64,000 nt of DNA from Tubulanus polymorphus. Its lineage: Eukaryota; Animalia; Nemertea. The translations under genes were made by a program, and so were the position numbers. This document shows positions 39,529 to 52,608 of this stretch, one piece after another (within the stretch, counting starts at the first letter, position 1; each line of letters starts with the position of its first letter). Below the pieces are notes generated by a model. It worked only from the letters and a program-made list of their open reading frames with translations. It was not told the DNA's origin and searched no databases. The stretch spans positions 16,154,150-16,218,149 of the forward strand of contig NC_134026.1 of the NCBI RefSeq assembly GCF_964204645.1, read 5' to 3'.

Positions 39529-39948
39529 GGTCCTCCTTATTACCGAGATTACGTTATTTACCGAGATGACATATAATATAGGCCTAACATATTTTTTTCC
39601 TTATCGATTTTAACTCTTGAAATCATATTATATCAGTAATAAATGCCTGCTGGAGTCATATTTTAATATTTTGTCGGATATTTTTGTAGAAAAATAACTT
39701 TTAACTTTACCGAGATGAGATCGTCGTCAATCAAATACAATGAAATTTTATTGCTAACCGAGATGACATATTTGAAGTTAGAATTTTTTTTACAAAATAT
39801 CCAGAAAAATATGTAAAATATGACTCTAGAAGGTATTTATTACTGATATAACATGATTTCAAGTGTAAAAATCGATAAGGAATAAATAAATATGTTATAT
39901 TTCATGTCATCTCGGTAAATTACGTCATCTCGGTAATAAGGAGGACCC
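39529..39948. mobile_element. Mutator-like foldback MITE
   Basis: ~170-bp inverted arms starting GGTCCTCCTTATTACCGAGAT. 9-bp TSD CAAACTGAC at 39520-39528 and 39949-39957. Confidence 0.85.
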
Positions 39949-40013
39949 CAAACTGACTTTTCTGTAATCAGATGGAAGTTAACTATTGTTTGTGCATAAA
40001 TTTGTAATCATAA

Positions 40014-40772
40014 AGGCTGGCTTATGTCGACAAGCAACGCGACGCCTACCGACACAACTGGATTTATCGCCGGCAACTAGTGGTCTACGAGAGGCTGCAA
40101 GTTGCTGCTCTAACGGTTCGACATAAGCCGGCTTGCGACGGCAACCGGACGCCTACCGACTCGTCGCAAGCCGTATCCGGCTAGTTGCCCATGTTCAACT
40201 CCGGCCTACGGTAGGCAGACAGTTGCTTTTCATTGCAACCGACATAAGCTCATCTGCGACGCAACGGAACTCCTATTGGCACATACTACAAATTATCACC
40301 GCTTGTTAGCGTCATTCGTAATTAGTCATACACTTTCAAATGCAAGTAGTTCAAAATGTAAACTAAACCTTCAGCACGGTAGAGGACTGGACCCAAGATC
40401 TAAAAACAAAATTGGCAGAATTATGGTGTGAGCGGCCATCTTTATATAATGTCGCTAGCACGTTGTTTTCAAAACTGAATCAGAAAGATAAAGATCTTAG
40501 AGAAATAGCTTTCTGATAGAAATATATTTCCCAATAATTCAAAATAATTCAAATTTATCCACAAAATGTTTATCACGTGACCCTTTGAGCTGTTGCAGTT
40601 GCTGCTAATCGCAACCAACATAAGCAGGGTAGCAACTGGGAGGATCTAGTATCCCGCTAGTCAGCTTCAGTTGCTGCGAATCGGAGCGCAGTCGACATAA
40701 GCTGGGCTGCGATCGTGGTTGCTCTCATTTGTGTCGGTAGGCGTAGCGTTGCATGTCGACATAAGCCAGCCT
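40014..40772 (+). mobile_element. PIF/Harbinger-derived non-autonomous element with MADF/Myb-SANT remnant
   Basis: ~44-bp TIR AGGCTGGCTTATGTCGACA..., TWA-like flanks, and internal WTQDLKTKLAELWCERPSLYNV...KDKDLREIA at 40388-40510. Confidence 0.8.
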
Positions 40773-40928
40773 TTAACGCAGTGGATATTTTACTGTACGG
40801 CTGAGTATTTATTTCCGCTCTTTTACCGTACTTATTACCGCATTGTTGCCGATTTAAGCCGCACAGGTGCACAGAGGTGCGCAAATTAGAAAATCAAGAA
40901 GAGTGTTGAGAACAGAGTTAGAGAAAAT

Positions 40929-40989
40929 AGAGCGAGACTCGAACCCGGGCCAGTAAATTACTAGCGCAACGTCATACCACTAATGTCCA
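40929..40989 (-). other. Degenerate tRNA-like (SINE head) sequence
   Basis: Minus strand TGGACATTAGTGG (A-box-like) ... GGGTTCGAGTCTC (B-box). Stems pair poorly, so not a functional tRNA. Confidence 0.4.
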
Positions 40990-40996
40990 TTTATTA

Positions 40997-41469
40997 ATGG
41001 ATGAGACATGTTTCTCTGGGATATTTCACTTACTTTTTGGGGTAGGCCTACATACCTCATTTAGGTCTTAAAAGAATGCCAAATATCGCGGACAACAACT
41101 GAATATCCGATATCATTCCAGTTCTGTAGGAATTAGATGGATTGGCAAAAAGACTCCTTTAGTCAATTTGAATAAGAAAGAAAATTCTCCATTTAGTGAA
41201 ATTTCTTGAATTTTTGAACATCGTCACCATGCCTACGCCACCCTGATGAAGTTGTTGTAACCCCACAAGAAAAATAACTTCATTTCGTAGGCATGGTGAC
41301 AGTGGTGAACTAAAGAAGTCTTTTTGCCAATCTATCTAATTGATACAGAACTGGAATGATATCGGATATTCAGTTTTTGTCTGCGACTTTTGGCATTCTG
41401 TTAAGACCTAAATGAGTTATGTACCCCAAAAAGTAAGTGAAATATCCCAGAAAAGCAGATCTCATCCAT
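40997..41469. mobile_element. Foldback MITE (~190-bp inverted arms)
   Basis: ATGGATGAGA...CTGGGATATTTCACTTACTTTTTGGGGTA mirrored at 41420-41469. Imperfect 9-bp flanks CATTTATTA / AACTTATTA. Confidence 0.8.
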
Positions 41470-41477
41470 AACTTATT

Positions 41478-42105
41478 AGTCTATGATTGTGGTTAGTTTC
41501 AAGGTCATTGGTTTTGTATATGGTCACCAGGGGACATTGTATAGTAGAATAACTTAATATTTCCATATAGTGGTAACTAGGCATATTTTGTTTCCACAAT
41601 CAATTTCAAAATCGTAGATGCTGACATGATGATTGTGGTGAGTTTCAAGGTCATTGAATTTTTTTAAGGTCATTGGATGGAGGCGTTGAATATTAAGATT
41701 ATTAGATTGTTGAGCTTTTGAAACCACTTCCAAATGGGCATGTTGTCCCTGGACCCCTATTTTCCTCGTGAAAATGAAAAAACTTTTTCGATGTTTTTTG
41801 TTATGCCGTGTACGGGGGAGTCAAAACACAAAAGGCCGAACAAAAGAACGTTTTTCACGAAACAAGCACTGCTTGATTTTTCGAAAAACGTTTTGTGTAG
41901 TCGAAAAAACGTTTTTTGTCCCGTGTGCGGTGGATGTTTTGTGTTTTGCAAAATATCCACATTGCTAGATTGTGGCTTATGACAATTTCTATGATTATGG
42001 TTGGTTTCAAGGTCATTGGTATTTGTATACATGTTCACCAGGGGTGTTGAATGTTGAGCATTTCAAACCACCTCCCATGTGGACATGGTTTCCCTGGGCC
42101 CTAGT
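41478..42105 (+). mobile_element. Partial HINE-like 3' fragments with an intervening unrelated repeat
   Basis: 154-bp-type repeats and two 3' ends (GGGCATGTTGTCCCTGGACCCCTA ~41736-41759; ~42080-42105). 41761-41855 matches 28326-28415 in reverse. Confidence 0.65.
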
Positions 42106-42439
42106 TTCAATCACTTTTTAGAGGGCAGCATCTTGCCGTCAGTGTAGATTCAGTGAGTTATGCAATAGGGTTGGAGCAACTTCATACGCCCAAAGGGATG
42201 ATTTTGAATACGACAGGAAAGAGTTAATCTTTTCTTTCAAGGCTGTACTTCTCTGCCTTCACCATGGTCATTAAATACTGCGATTGGCGATTGTCATGCC
42301 ATTTGGTATCCTTCCTTGCCTTTGAAAACATCTGATTATGATGATATGGCAATTGGATTGTCTTTACAAGAGCTTTGAACTGGTAAAAAGTAGGCCTATT
42401 GGTGAATTGGGTTAACACATTTTTTTTATTGATTTTTAG

Positions 42440-42486
42440 GTTATATGGAGTATCATAAATGGAAGCTTTTGCTCATTTAAAATCAA
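42440..42486 (+). CDS. MAK16: MAK16 exon 2 (VIWSIINGSFCSFKIK)
   Basis: TTTTAG acceptor, GTAAGT donor, conserved VIW...FCSFK. Confidence 0.92.
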
Positions 42487-42899
42487 GTAAGTTATTACCC
42501 TATTATTTTGTTTTCAGTGTCATTCATGCCTGTAAATCCTGGAGAACACCATTGGTCCAGGGGTGGATTGAGCCCACCTGCGTGTATGTATCAATTATAA
42601 ATAATGCGCGCCAACGCCCAAAATCAATTTCTCGAAGATTTCATTCTCGTTAAAAAGTCAGTTATCACTGACCAAAATTAAGTCCTTTTTGATATTATTT
42701 TTCTTATTTAATTTTCAATGAATTTAATTATTCGTGCTAGTAGCCTATACATGACAAATTTTTTACTTCACACTATGGTTTGGCGAGCCACTGGACCATT
42801 GGTCCTTTATTCAATGTTAAAGAACCTAAAACAAAATTGTAAACAAAATTTTCAACGAAAAAGACACGGGCAATCCCAAAGGGAAGGTAGGGTCTTCAA

Positions 42900-44592
42900 T
42901 ACATGTGATACTTATTTTCGATCAGCCAACTATCACACAATTGGCGGCCATCTTAGTGCCATCAGTACTCTTTCGTAGGAAATGGTTTTTTTTTTTGAGG
43001 AAAATAACAGCAGGTTTGAACTTATAGCCTCTATATTCGATTACTATTAGCACAGTCATAGGATAGATCTCACACGTTCTTGCCACCAGGGGAGTTGAAT
43101 ATTATTGAATGATATACAATTTGTCTACTTACATTAGTACCTATGATATTTTGTAACTACAATCAATTGCAAACTTGTAGCTCATGACATGTTCTATGAT
43201 TGTTCAAGGTCATTGTGTTTTGTATATGGTCACCAAGGGGCGTTGAATAGTAGGATGACTAAGTTTTACCGTATAATATTTGTACCTATGCATATTTTGT
43301 GACCACAAGCAAAGTAGTAGCTCTTGACATATTCTATGATTGTGGGGAGTTTCAAGGTCATTAGTTTTTAGCCCACTTGGGACTTAAGTTCACTTTTCGT
43401 TCACTCGTCGTTTGTTCATTCATTCGTCCCTCGTCACAGTCGGAATCCAGTTATTTTGGGAAGTTAAAGACGTTTCAGTGTAATGATATTTGTTTTGATA
43501 TTTAGGTTACACATGTATTTACCCTAGACACGTCTTCAGCGGAAAAACTGGCCCTATCAGATTCAAGATGGTCGACTGGCAGCAATTGTTGTTCGCCAAA
43601 ATCAGCACTTTTTTACACATTATTCAAGTTTTCGAGGGAAATTTTGAAGATGCATTGATCAATTATCTTGAACTTTCGCATGTACCGGTATTTGTTTTCC
43701 CCAAGGGCCCATCAGCATAAGAAAAATGGGTCGATTGGACTGTGACCTTTTTTGTGCCAAAAAATGTCAATTTTCTATGGAATAGCCACCACAAATCAGT
43801 TTACGTTCTGCTCATGTATAGACACTCTCGGGACTCGATAGCTGCTCGGACTGATGCTAAGGGCAGTCAATTTACTACCGAAGTGTCGTTTTATAATACG
43901 TTGAATAATACCATAACTTAGTATTTTGATATTTTATTCGTACCTATGCATATTTTGTTACCGCAATCAATTGCAAAGTTGTAGCTCATGTTCTATGATT
44001 GTGGTGAGTTTCGAGGTCATTAGTTATTTTATATGGTCACCAGGCGCGTTGAAAATTAGAATAACTTAGTATTTCCTTATCATTTTGGTACCTAGGCATA
44101 TTTTGTTACCATAATAAATTGTAAAATTGTAGCTCATGAGATGTGCTATGATTGTGGTGATATTCAAGGTCATTGGGTTTTACATATGGTCACCAGGGGG
44201 CGTTGAATAACTTTTCCATATTATATTGGTACCGAGGCATATATTGTTATCACAGTCAATGGCAAAATTGTAGCTGCTGACATGTTCTATGATTGTGGTA
44301 AGTTTCAAGGTCGTTGTTGTTTGTGCCCTAGTTTCTAATTCAGTGCGTTTCTGAACTCCATAGGCCTAGTATCATAATTATCACGTGTATTCCGGTGGAA
44401 TCATGTGTGCAATATGAATTCACAAACATTATTGACACTATTGTGAAAATTTTTAACATCATGCAGACAGGTCAATGTTTCAACAGCAATGTGTTCGACA
44501 GACATTCACCATCCTGCCCTAGTTTGAAATGCTAGTCACTCGACTTAGACCACCACTTTCCAAGTGGGCATGGTGCCCATGGAAACCCTAGT
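42900..44592 (+). mobile_element. HINE/DINE-1-like element cluster (partial copy plus copy starting at 43369)
   Basis: TTTTAGCCCACTTGGGACTT 5' end at ~43369, conserved core, tandem ~154-bp units, and a detached 3' end at 44550-44592. Confidence 0.7.
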
Positions 44593-44684
44593 CTTTTATC
44601 AAAAATTCATGCCTATTTGAAATATGAATACTGTGTGGCTGCTTTTACACATTCAATCTTAATCAAGTGTATATTTGTTTACAG

Positions 44685-44794
44685 AACGAAAGCTCAAAAG
44701 TTTTGTCGTAATGAGTACAATCTGACGGGTCTGTGTGATCGATCATCATGTCCTTTGGCAAATAGTCAATATGCTACTATACGAGAGGAAAAAG
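44685..44794 (+). CDS. MAK16: MAK16 exon 3 ([37 protein letters not shown])
   Basis: Signature [24 protein letters not shown]; ACAG/GT boundaries in phase. Confidence 0.97.
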
Positions 44795-45102
44795 GTTGGT
44801 TGTAAATTTAGTTGAATGGTATTTTAATTGATTATCTCATATGCAATTTCGGTATTTGTGGTTTTGCTTTGGCTTTGAGAGAGTCTTCAAAACAGAACGC
44901 AAATTGTCATTGTCAGTAAATCAAAATCAGTAAATCAAGATCTGTGGCAATGGAGTATTCTACTTATAACGGGTGAGGATCCACCAGGTTTGTAAGTAGT
45001 AACTCGGTCTGCGGCGTTCGATTGCTTCTACATTTCAGTGAAAGGAAGGAGTATAATTTATTTGTTTTATTTGATCTCCAATGGTTACCTACCAGTCAAC
45101 AT

Positions 45103-45300
45103 ATCTATACTATAAAGGGGACACCGTTTTACTTCCGGGTTTTATTTTAAGATCTAAAATTGTATTTCAAGATCGATTTCTGTGAAAGCTTTTAGTTGAT
45201 TTGGTTTTTGGGAGGAATATTTTTATTGGCACTACAGAAAATATCATTGACCATTGTGCAAAGTCCGGGAAAAATTGCTTTATCTCAAATCGGATAGATG
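45103..45300 (+). repeat. Dispersed repeat, second copy at ~58345-58520; possible Helitron-like 5' end
   Basis: Shared TAAAATTGTATTTCAAGATCGATTT...CTACAGAAAAT...TGTGCAAAGTC...TCTCAAATCGGAT. Starts A|TCTATACTATAAAG. Confidence 0.55.
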
Positions 45301-46008
45301 ACCTTGATATGCTAATTAGCCATGTGCTCAAAATACAAATTCAATCAAATTCTATTCTGCAAAAAATATCAAATCCTATTCAATTTTATTTTATTGAAGA
45401 GATCTCCTTAACCATAAGCTCCCTCTTCAAATAAAAACATCAAATCCAATTCAATTTTGTTTTATTGAGCAAATTTCAAGGGACCAAGGGAAAAGATTTA
45501 TCTGAGGTATTTGTTTCTGCCAGATCCAGTCGCTGTCTGTGCTACTTTTGTATTCTACGATTGTATTGTAATTATTAGATATTGACTCTGAGCTGGGAGT
45601 GTATTTTGACAAATTTAAACCACAGAATGCATCATCATTTGCCATTTTATGAAAAGCTGACAGGCTGGCCATAGTGCCCCTTGGGGCTCTTGTTTGAGTT
45701 TTCAAGTGAAATTTTGAAGATGCTTTGTTCAGTTTCCTTGATGTTTCATATGTGCATGTATCTCCATAGTGCCCATCACCATTAGAAAAATTTGGTTGAT
45801 CAGACATAAGATTGTCGCCCCTTGACCTTTTCTGTATCCAGAAAGATCATTCTTGGTTTCAATTCTGAGACCTGTAGTTTACCAATGATTTGCCATTTTT
45901 TGTGAACTTCATGATGGGTATACCGGTACTTTAGGAAGGGTAGACAGTGGGAAAGAGCCATAGATTGGAATGAGAGAGGCGTACTACTAATGATAAAACT
46001 TAGGCTAA

Positions 46009-46606
46009 GTCCACACCAAAAGAAAACCCTGTTTCTCGGGCCCGACCGACCCGATATTTCCCCATTTCAAATAATCATTTTCAGAATAAAATATAATCGC
46101 CTACTGTCCCTTTTTCAAAATTTTAGGTAAAATAACTTTTTTTAAAAATATGTATGTGGCCGACCGACTACCAAACTCCTTTCTCGTAAGTATTTTTTTA
46201 ACCAAATCGTGATGTCGGCACTGAGATCAACACATCATAAAAACTTTTTATTATATCGGATTTAAAATTTGATTCTGGAAATGGCGCAGCCATGCTCAGA
46301 CAACTTTGCTAACTGGACTTCGATGGCGACTTTGGATTGTGAAATTCCAGGAATTCCGTGAAATAGTTCAAAATATAGTTTTTTTATAGTTAATTGTACT
46401 AACACCTCAATTTCCTTTTATTGTTGTGGTCTACTAGCTGTTAATTATATTCCTGACTAAAAATTTAGTCCAGTAAAAAGTATTTACGGCAACCTACCCA
46501 CTGATATTTTTTTTTTTTTCTATAAAAAGAAAAAAAAATGTCCTACCTACCTACCCATTTTGGTGATTGCCCTGCCCGAGAAACAGGATTTTCTTTTGGT
46601 GTGGCC
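46009..46606. mobile_element. PIF/Harbinger-type MITE
   Basis: TIR GTCCACACCAAAAGAAAACCCTGTTTCTCGGGC / GCCCGAGAAACAGGATTTTCTTTTGGTGTGGCC, with TAA on both flanks. Confidence 0.8.
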
Positions 46607-46947
46607 TAAATGGAATTTTGTAGATTCATCTATCCATGTTTCTTCATAGAGTTGAACCATTTCGACCATTTTTCACTGGATATGATAGCTTAACTTACTG
46701 GAGCTTTCATCTAGGTTTCTAGACTTGTTCACCAAATGGGGTTTCATGATATCATTCTGATGACAACAATCGGAATCCCAGATTGATGTCATCAGAGTTC
46801 TAAATGGCTCAAGTATATTAGGCTTTTAGCTATTAGGCTTAATTGTAAGCATGAATTTGACCATGAATGGGCAAATGGATACAACTTAGTGTAGATTGCA
46901 CTTGCAGCTGAATTGAATGTAGTTGAATTTAGAAGTTGATTTTTCAG

Positions 46948-47080
46948 GTATATGTTATTTGTATATGAAGGTGATTGAAAGGTCTGCATTTCCAAACCGC
47001 TTATGGGAGAAAGTGAAACTATCACGAAACTATGAAAAAGCTTTAGAGCAAATTAGTGAAAATTTGGTATATTGGCCCAG
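46948..47080 (+). CDS. MAK16: MAK16 exon 4 ([44 protein letters not shown])
   Basis: TTTCAG acceptor, GTGAGT donor, strong similarity to MAK16. Confidence 0.97.
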
Positions 47081-47479
47081 GTGAGTTTTTATTTCTCTGT
47101 TTTACAGCGTACATCAAGTTATGCAATCTTTTGAGTTTGTGAGTTCAAGCAGAAATTACATTCTTTTTGGAAAAATAGATCTAATAAATATACATGTATA
47201 CAAAATTTTCACATCATGGTCTCAGAACATCCTTAAAAATGGGAAAAGTTCTTTGGCCGGTTGCTCAAACGTTGTTTAATGTTAACCAGTCTTTAAGCTT
47301 TAATTTGAATAATCAATAAGAGGGAGAATTACAGTTCGATACGATAGGGCGCAAGGGAACATGTTCTTTATGAATTTTACTGAGCCCGTAGATATATGGT
47401 AGCGAGGGAAGGCGAGATTAATCCTTTGATCTTAATCCTATTGTCTGATTCTTGTATAGATATTCTGTTGTTTCATTTT

Positions 47480-47600
47480 GTTCTCAGTACGATGGCTGAT
47501 GATGGCTAATAGTATTTAGCTGAAACGTTGCTCAAAATATATATTCTTCTATTCAAGAACTTTTCATCTTTGACTGAATTATTGTGGGATTTCTCTCGTT
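47480..47600 (+). mobile_element. Penelope-like pLTR fragment with degenerate hammerhead core
   Basis: CTGATGA-TGGCTAA-tagtat-TTAGCT-GAAACGTT at 47496-47529. Homologous (inverted) to 63863-63980. Stem I is disrupted. Confidence 0.6.
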
Positions 47601-47960
47601 ATCCACCTTACACGGATATTGTGTATCTTCTCTACTCAAGTTTTCGGGCCAAATTGCAGATTTTTTCCTTGGCAATATCTTGGCCACTGTTTTGGATAGA
47701 TAGGTGTTTTATGTCTCGTATGCAATGCAATAGAAACAGTTATTAGATTATATATTGAGATATACATGTATATTCCTTGTGTAATATCTCAGCACCATTT
47801 CAAATATATGATTTTTCAAATGTTTCAAAGGAACCATTCTTGTAAAAGCCACCGAAATTGTAATATTATACAGGCAGGTTCCCTACTATTTTCATGTTAC
47901 TTCCCATTATTTAGATTTTGCACATCATTAATATGCTTAATTTTGTATTTCTACTTTTAG

Positions 47961-48044
47961 ATGGATCATCCATAAATGCAAGCAACGTTTTACTAAGATA
48001 ACTCAATATTTGATACGGATGAGGAAACTCACCTTGCGAAGACA
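47961..48044 (+). CDS. MAK16: MAK16 exon 5 ([28 protein letters not shown])
   Basis: TTTTAG acceptor, GTAAGT donor, [16 protein letters not shown] motif. Confidence 0.97.
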
Positions 48045-48497
48045 GTAAGTCTTATAAGCAATCATCGGATACCAAGTTTCCAAATATCATTAGCCTCAAG
48101 TTTCCTTATTCTTCTAAGTGGGTAAAAATCCCTCATCATTTGTTTTAGTGCAAATAGATACAATCTTAAGTTCAATTTGTTCATACTGATATATCCAGTT
48201 TATTCATATTTTGCTGAAGTGTATTACAAAAGGATATGAGCATACTAATGATTTATACAATCCAGCACAGTTCAAATATATCGCGAATGCTCTTTTAATC
48301 CTGCAGTTAAAAAACACTGGCTTGAATTTAATATATTCCAAATTAAAAGTTAATTATTTCTAATAATTTCTCGCATGGCACTGCGTAAATATACCATAAG
48401 TTAACAAGAGTAATTCAATTTGCATTTGAAAATATTACATACAAAGTTCATTAATTCTAAGAAATATTAACGAAAGAGTTCATTGCACAGTTCAATA

Positions 48498-49227
48498 GCC
48501 CCGTTCACACGACAAATAGTTAGAGCGGTCAAAATGGGACCGTACCTGGACCGGACCAAATTTTGGTGAGCGTTCGCACTGCGTTTTGACATGCATTGAT
48601 ACAATCTGTTGTCACTGGACCTACAAGACGTTGCCATCTGCTTAATAATTAACTGGGCCTGGATGAAGTCTTGCCTCCAGAATCCAAGTAGAGCAAGACA
48701 TTTTTCATTTGACCAATTTGATCCTCCGTCATGTTTAGACATTTTTGGAAATTTGATTTTATTCTATCACGCTGAAACTCTAAGTGGCGTTTAAACATGG
48801 TTCAAAACACGGAAGTAAAACGGATGATGATCGCGACATACGAATATGAATATGCTCCAAACATTTCCATAGTATAGGGAGGAAAAAACAATACTTAAAA
48901 ATAATTACATAAATGGTAATTAAAGCATTTGAAACTTAATAAACTGGACTCACACTCTACCGCAGAGGTCGTGATATCTACCGCAGAGATTCAGAATTAT
49001 GATTTAGACCAGACCTGGTACCAGTTTTTGTCCACACACATAGATTCAGACCGGTTCAAAATTTGGACCGGACCTGTTTTGCTCTTTAAGACTGCGCCAA
49101 ATTAGACAGGTCTAAACTAAACCAGTCTAACTTCGAACGGTATTTTTACCCGTGTGAACGCTTGGCCCGGTCTAAATTGGACCGGACCAAATTTAGATCG
49201 CTCTAAATTTCCGTGTGTGAACGCGCC
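48498..49227 (-). mobile_element. PIF/Harbinger-derived element with Myb/SANT (trihelix-like) remnant
   Basis: TIR GCCCCGTTCACACG / GTGTGTGAACGCGCC, GGACC subterminal repeats, and ORF start MSKHDGGSNWSNEKCLALLGFWRQDFIQAQL. Confidence 0.7.
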
Positions 49228-49366
49228 TAATTTTGAAGTTTTATCGCGCATGAATAGAATTGGAGAAATATCTTGCTTTGAAATGTTCTTGAAAATTCGC
49301 CAAGTGGGGATTTTTACCTACTATGCAGGGCTGAAAGTTTTCTGTATAGATACAGAATTCCTTTTT

Positions 49367-50626
49367 TAACCCACTTGAGACTTTAGTCCCAGCGGGCTAT
49401 TGCGTTTACTTTTCGTCCGTCCGTTCATCCGTCCGTAGACGGAATCCAGTTATTTTGGGAAGTTTTTAAGACACTTAAATGTAATGTCTTGATATGTGGG
49501 TTATACATGTATCTACCTTAGACACATCTTCAGCCCGAAAACTGGCCCTGTCAGAATCAAGATGACCGACTGGCAGCCATTTTTGTTTGCCAAAATCAGC
49601 ACTTTTTACACATATTTGAAGTTTTTTGAGGGAAATTTGAAGACGCTTTTATCAATTACCTTGATCTTTCGTAATATTTGAATCCGCCAAGGGCCCATCA
49701 GCATAAGAAAAATTGGGTCGATCGGACCCAAGATGGCCGTCCTATGACCTTTTAGTGCCCAAAAATGTCAATTTGGGTCCTGTAGCTTCCTACTGGTTTG
49801 CCATTTCTCATTGTAATTTGTGATGGGTATTCTTTGGAAAGGGATGTTTTATATGGTATAAAACATGTCTCGGGTATAATACCTGAGACAGTTATTATTG
49901 ATTAGCCAATTATGACGCAATCTTGGTGTCATCAGTACTCATTCGTAGTTGGGAAAAAGTTTTTCCACATTACAGTGATACCTAAGCATATTGTGTTACT
50001 ACAATCAATTGGAAAGTTGTAGCCAATAACGTTTTCTATGATATTGGTGAGTTTCAAGGTAATTGGTTCTTGTATTTGGCCACCAGGGGGCGTTGAATAA
50101 TACAATAACTTTGTATTTCTACATTATATTTGTATCTATGCATATTTTGTTACCACAATCAATTGCAAAGTTGTAGCTCATGACATCGTCTATGATTGTG
50201 GTGAGTTTTAAGGACATAAGTTATTCTATAGGGTCACCAGGGGTGTTGAATAGTAGAATAACTTAGTATTGCCCTTATTAGATTGGTACCTAGGCATATT
50301 TTGTAACCATGAACAATTGCAAAGTTGTAGTTCATGACATTTTGTATGATTGTTGTGAGTTTCAAGGTCTTTGGGTTTGCATATGGTCACCAGGGGGCGT
50401 GGAATAGTGAAGTAACTTAGTATTTCCATATTAAAATGGTAACGAGGCATATTTTGTTATCACAATGAATTACAAAATCGTAGCTGCTGACATGTTCTAT
50501 GATTTTGGTGGGTTTCAAGGTCATTGGTTTTTGTATATGGTCACCAGGACGGGCGTTGAATTTTGAAATTGTTAGATTGTTGAGCATTTGAAACCACTGG
50601 GGCATGGTATCCCTGGACCCCTAGTT
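49367..50626 (+). mobile_element. HINE/DINE-1-like (Helentron-associated) element
   Basis: T-flanked 5' (A/G)CCCACTTG with hairpin, (GTCC)n microsatellite, four ~154-bp internal repeats, and 3' GGCATGGTATCCCTGGACCCCTAGTT. Confidence 0.75.
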
Positions 50627-50664
50627 ACTATTTTCCTGGACATCAGAGATAAATTCCATATTTT

Positions 50665-51763
50665 TAGCCCACTTGGGACTTTAGTCTCAGCGTGCTATTG
50701 CGTTCACTTTTCGTCCATCGTTCGTCTGTCCATCCGTCAATTCGTCCGTAGAAGGAATCCAGTTATTTTGGGAAGGTTTGAAGACGCTTCAATGTAATAT
50801 CTTTATATTTGGGTTACACATGTATATACCCTAGACGCATCCTCAGCCCAAAAACTGGCCCTGTCAGTTTCAAGACGGCCGACTGGCAGCCATTGTTGTT
50901 CGCCAAAATCAGCACTTTCTACACATATTTCAAGTTTTCGAGGGAAATTTTGAAGATGCTTTGATCAATTATCTTGGTCTTTCATATGTAGCCTATTTGT
51001 ATCAAAGGCCCAAAGGCCCATCAGCAGAAGAAAAATTGGGTCGATCGGACACAAGATGACCGTCCTGTGACCTTTTTTGTGCCCAAAAAGGTCAATTTTG
51101 CCCCGAATTCTGGGTCCTGTAGCTTCCTACTGGTTTGCTATTTTTCATCGAAATTTCTGGTGGCTATTCTATGAAAAGGGATCTTTAATAGATGAGACAG
51201 GTATATTTGATCAGCCAATTATCACTTTTATAGGTGGAAAAAAATTTTTCCACATTATATTGATACCTAAGCATATTTTGTTACCACGATTGCAAAGGTG
51301 TAGCTCATAACATGTTCTATGATTTTGGTGAGTTTCAAGGTAATTGGTTTTTGTATATGACCACCAGGGGGCGTTGAATAATACAATAACTTAGTATTTC
51401 TATATTATATTCATACCTACCGGTATGCATATTTTGTTACCACAATCAATTGCAAAGTTGTAGCTCATGACATCGTCTATGATTGTGGTGAGTTTCAAGG
51501 TCATAAGTTATTCTATATGTCACCAGGGGGTGTTGAATAGTAGAATAACTTAGTATTTTCATATTTTATTGGTACGGAGGCATATACTGTTATCACAACC
51601 AATTGCAAAATTGTAGCTGCAGACATGTTCTATGAATGTAGTGAGTTTCAAGGTCATTGGTTTTTGTATAGGGTTTCCAGGGGGCTTCGAATATCGAAAT
51701 CAAAGATTGTTGAGCATTTAAAACCACTTTCCAAGTGGGCATGGTGTACCTGGACCCCTAGTT
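50665..51763 (+). mobile_element. HINE/DINE-1-like element
   Basis: Same architecture. 5' CCCACTTGG and 3' CCAAGTGGG subterminal inverted repeat, three internal repeats. Confidence 0.75.
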
Positions 51764-52608
51764 ATTCATAAGTTTTATTTTGTTCTTATATCCCTGGTTC
51801 AATGAAAAATGAAAAGATTCCTCATGTGTATTATTAGTTCTTATTTTCCAAATTGTCCAGCCTAATTCATCTAAGAGGTGTTTTTTTCAGAAAATTTCTA
51901 TGTAGTTGCGCACGGTATAGACACAACATAGACATAAAAATTGTTGTATTTTCTGTATTTACCACTTTCAGCCCTGACTTTGAAGATTTGGGGATTTTTG
52001 TCTAGGGGATTTTTACCCAGGCGATTTTTACCTCCACCCATTTGTAAGAGATATATCTAAGCAATGAAGAGGCAGAAACGCTCTGACTTTAGATAAGCTT
52101 CCTGCCCCTTTCAGAATTCTGGAATGAAAATCTTCATCTAAATCATCGACAAGACGGATTTGTCTCTGTTAACTTTTTGAAGAAGTGGGAATTCTCATTA
52201 AGGACTATCGTACTAAGTATGTTTATTTACTATTGAAATGAATGGAGATTGATAACAAGAAAATAGATTTTGATGAATTATTTGACGCCAGCAAAAAAAT
52301 GTAGAATTTTTGGGATAAGCTAATATGGAATTGCAAATTTGAAATCGAAGTTTTAAAAAATTTGGGAAATGATGAGATTTGGCGATTGGGTAAATGATAC
52401 AGGGTCTTGTCAACTGTAGGACCGACTTCATTCACTTTTGCCTCTAAGCTGGTCTGCAACTTCATTGCCTCCATGGTTGAGGAAAGAGCCCCCTTCTGAT
52501 GTCTGCTTCATCATGACTTTGGAGCTATCGTGTGGCCTATGACCAGCTGGCCCGGTCCCGGTTTGGCTGTCACTCGATATCCTCTTGAGTCTGGGTTGAA
52601 GTAGACAT

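Noticed and set aside
46756-46796. 41-nt hairpin (TCTGATGACA...TGTCATCAGA) as pre-miRNA, snoRNA or hammerhead
   Set aside because: Too short for a pre-miRNA, no GAAA core, and no properly spaced C/D boxes with a guide.
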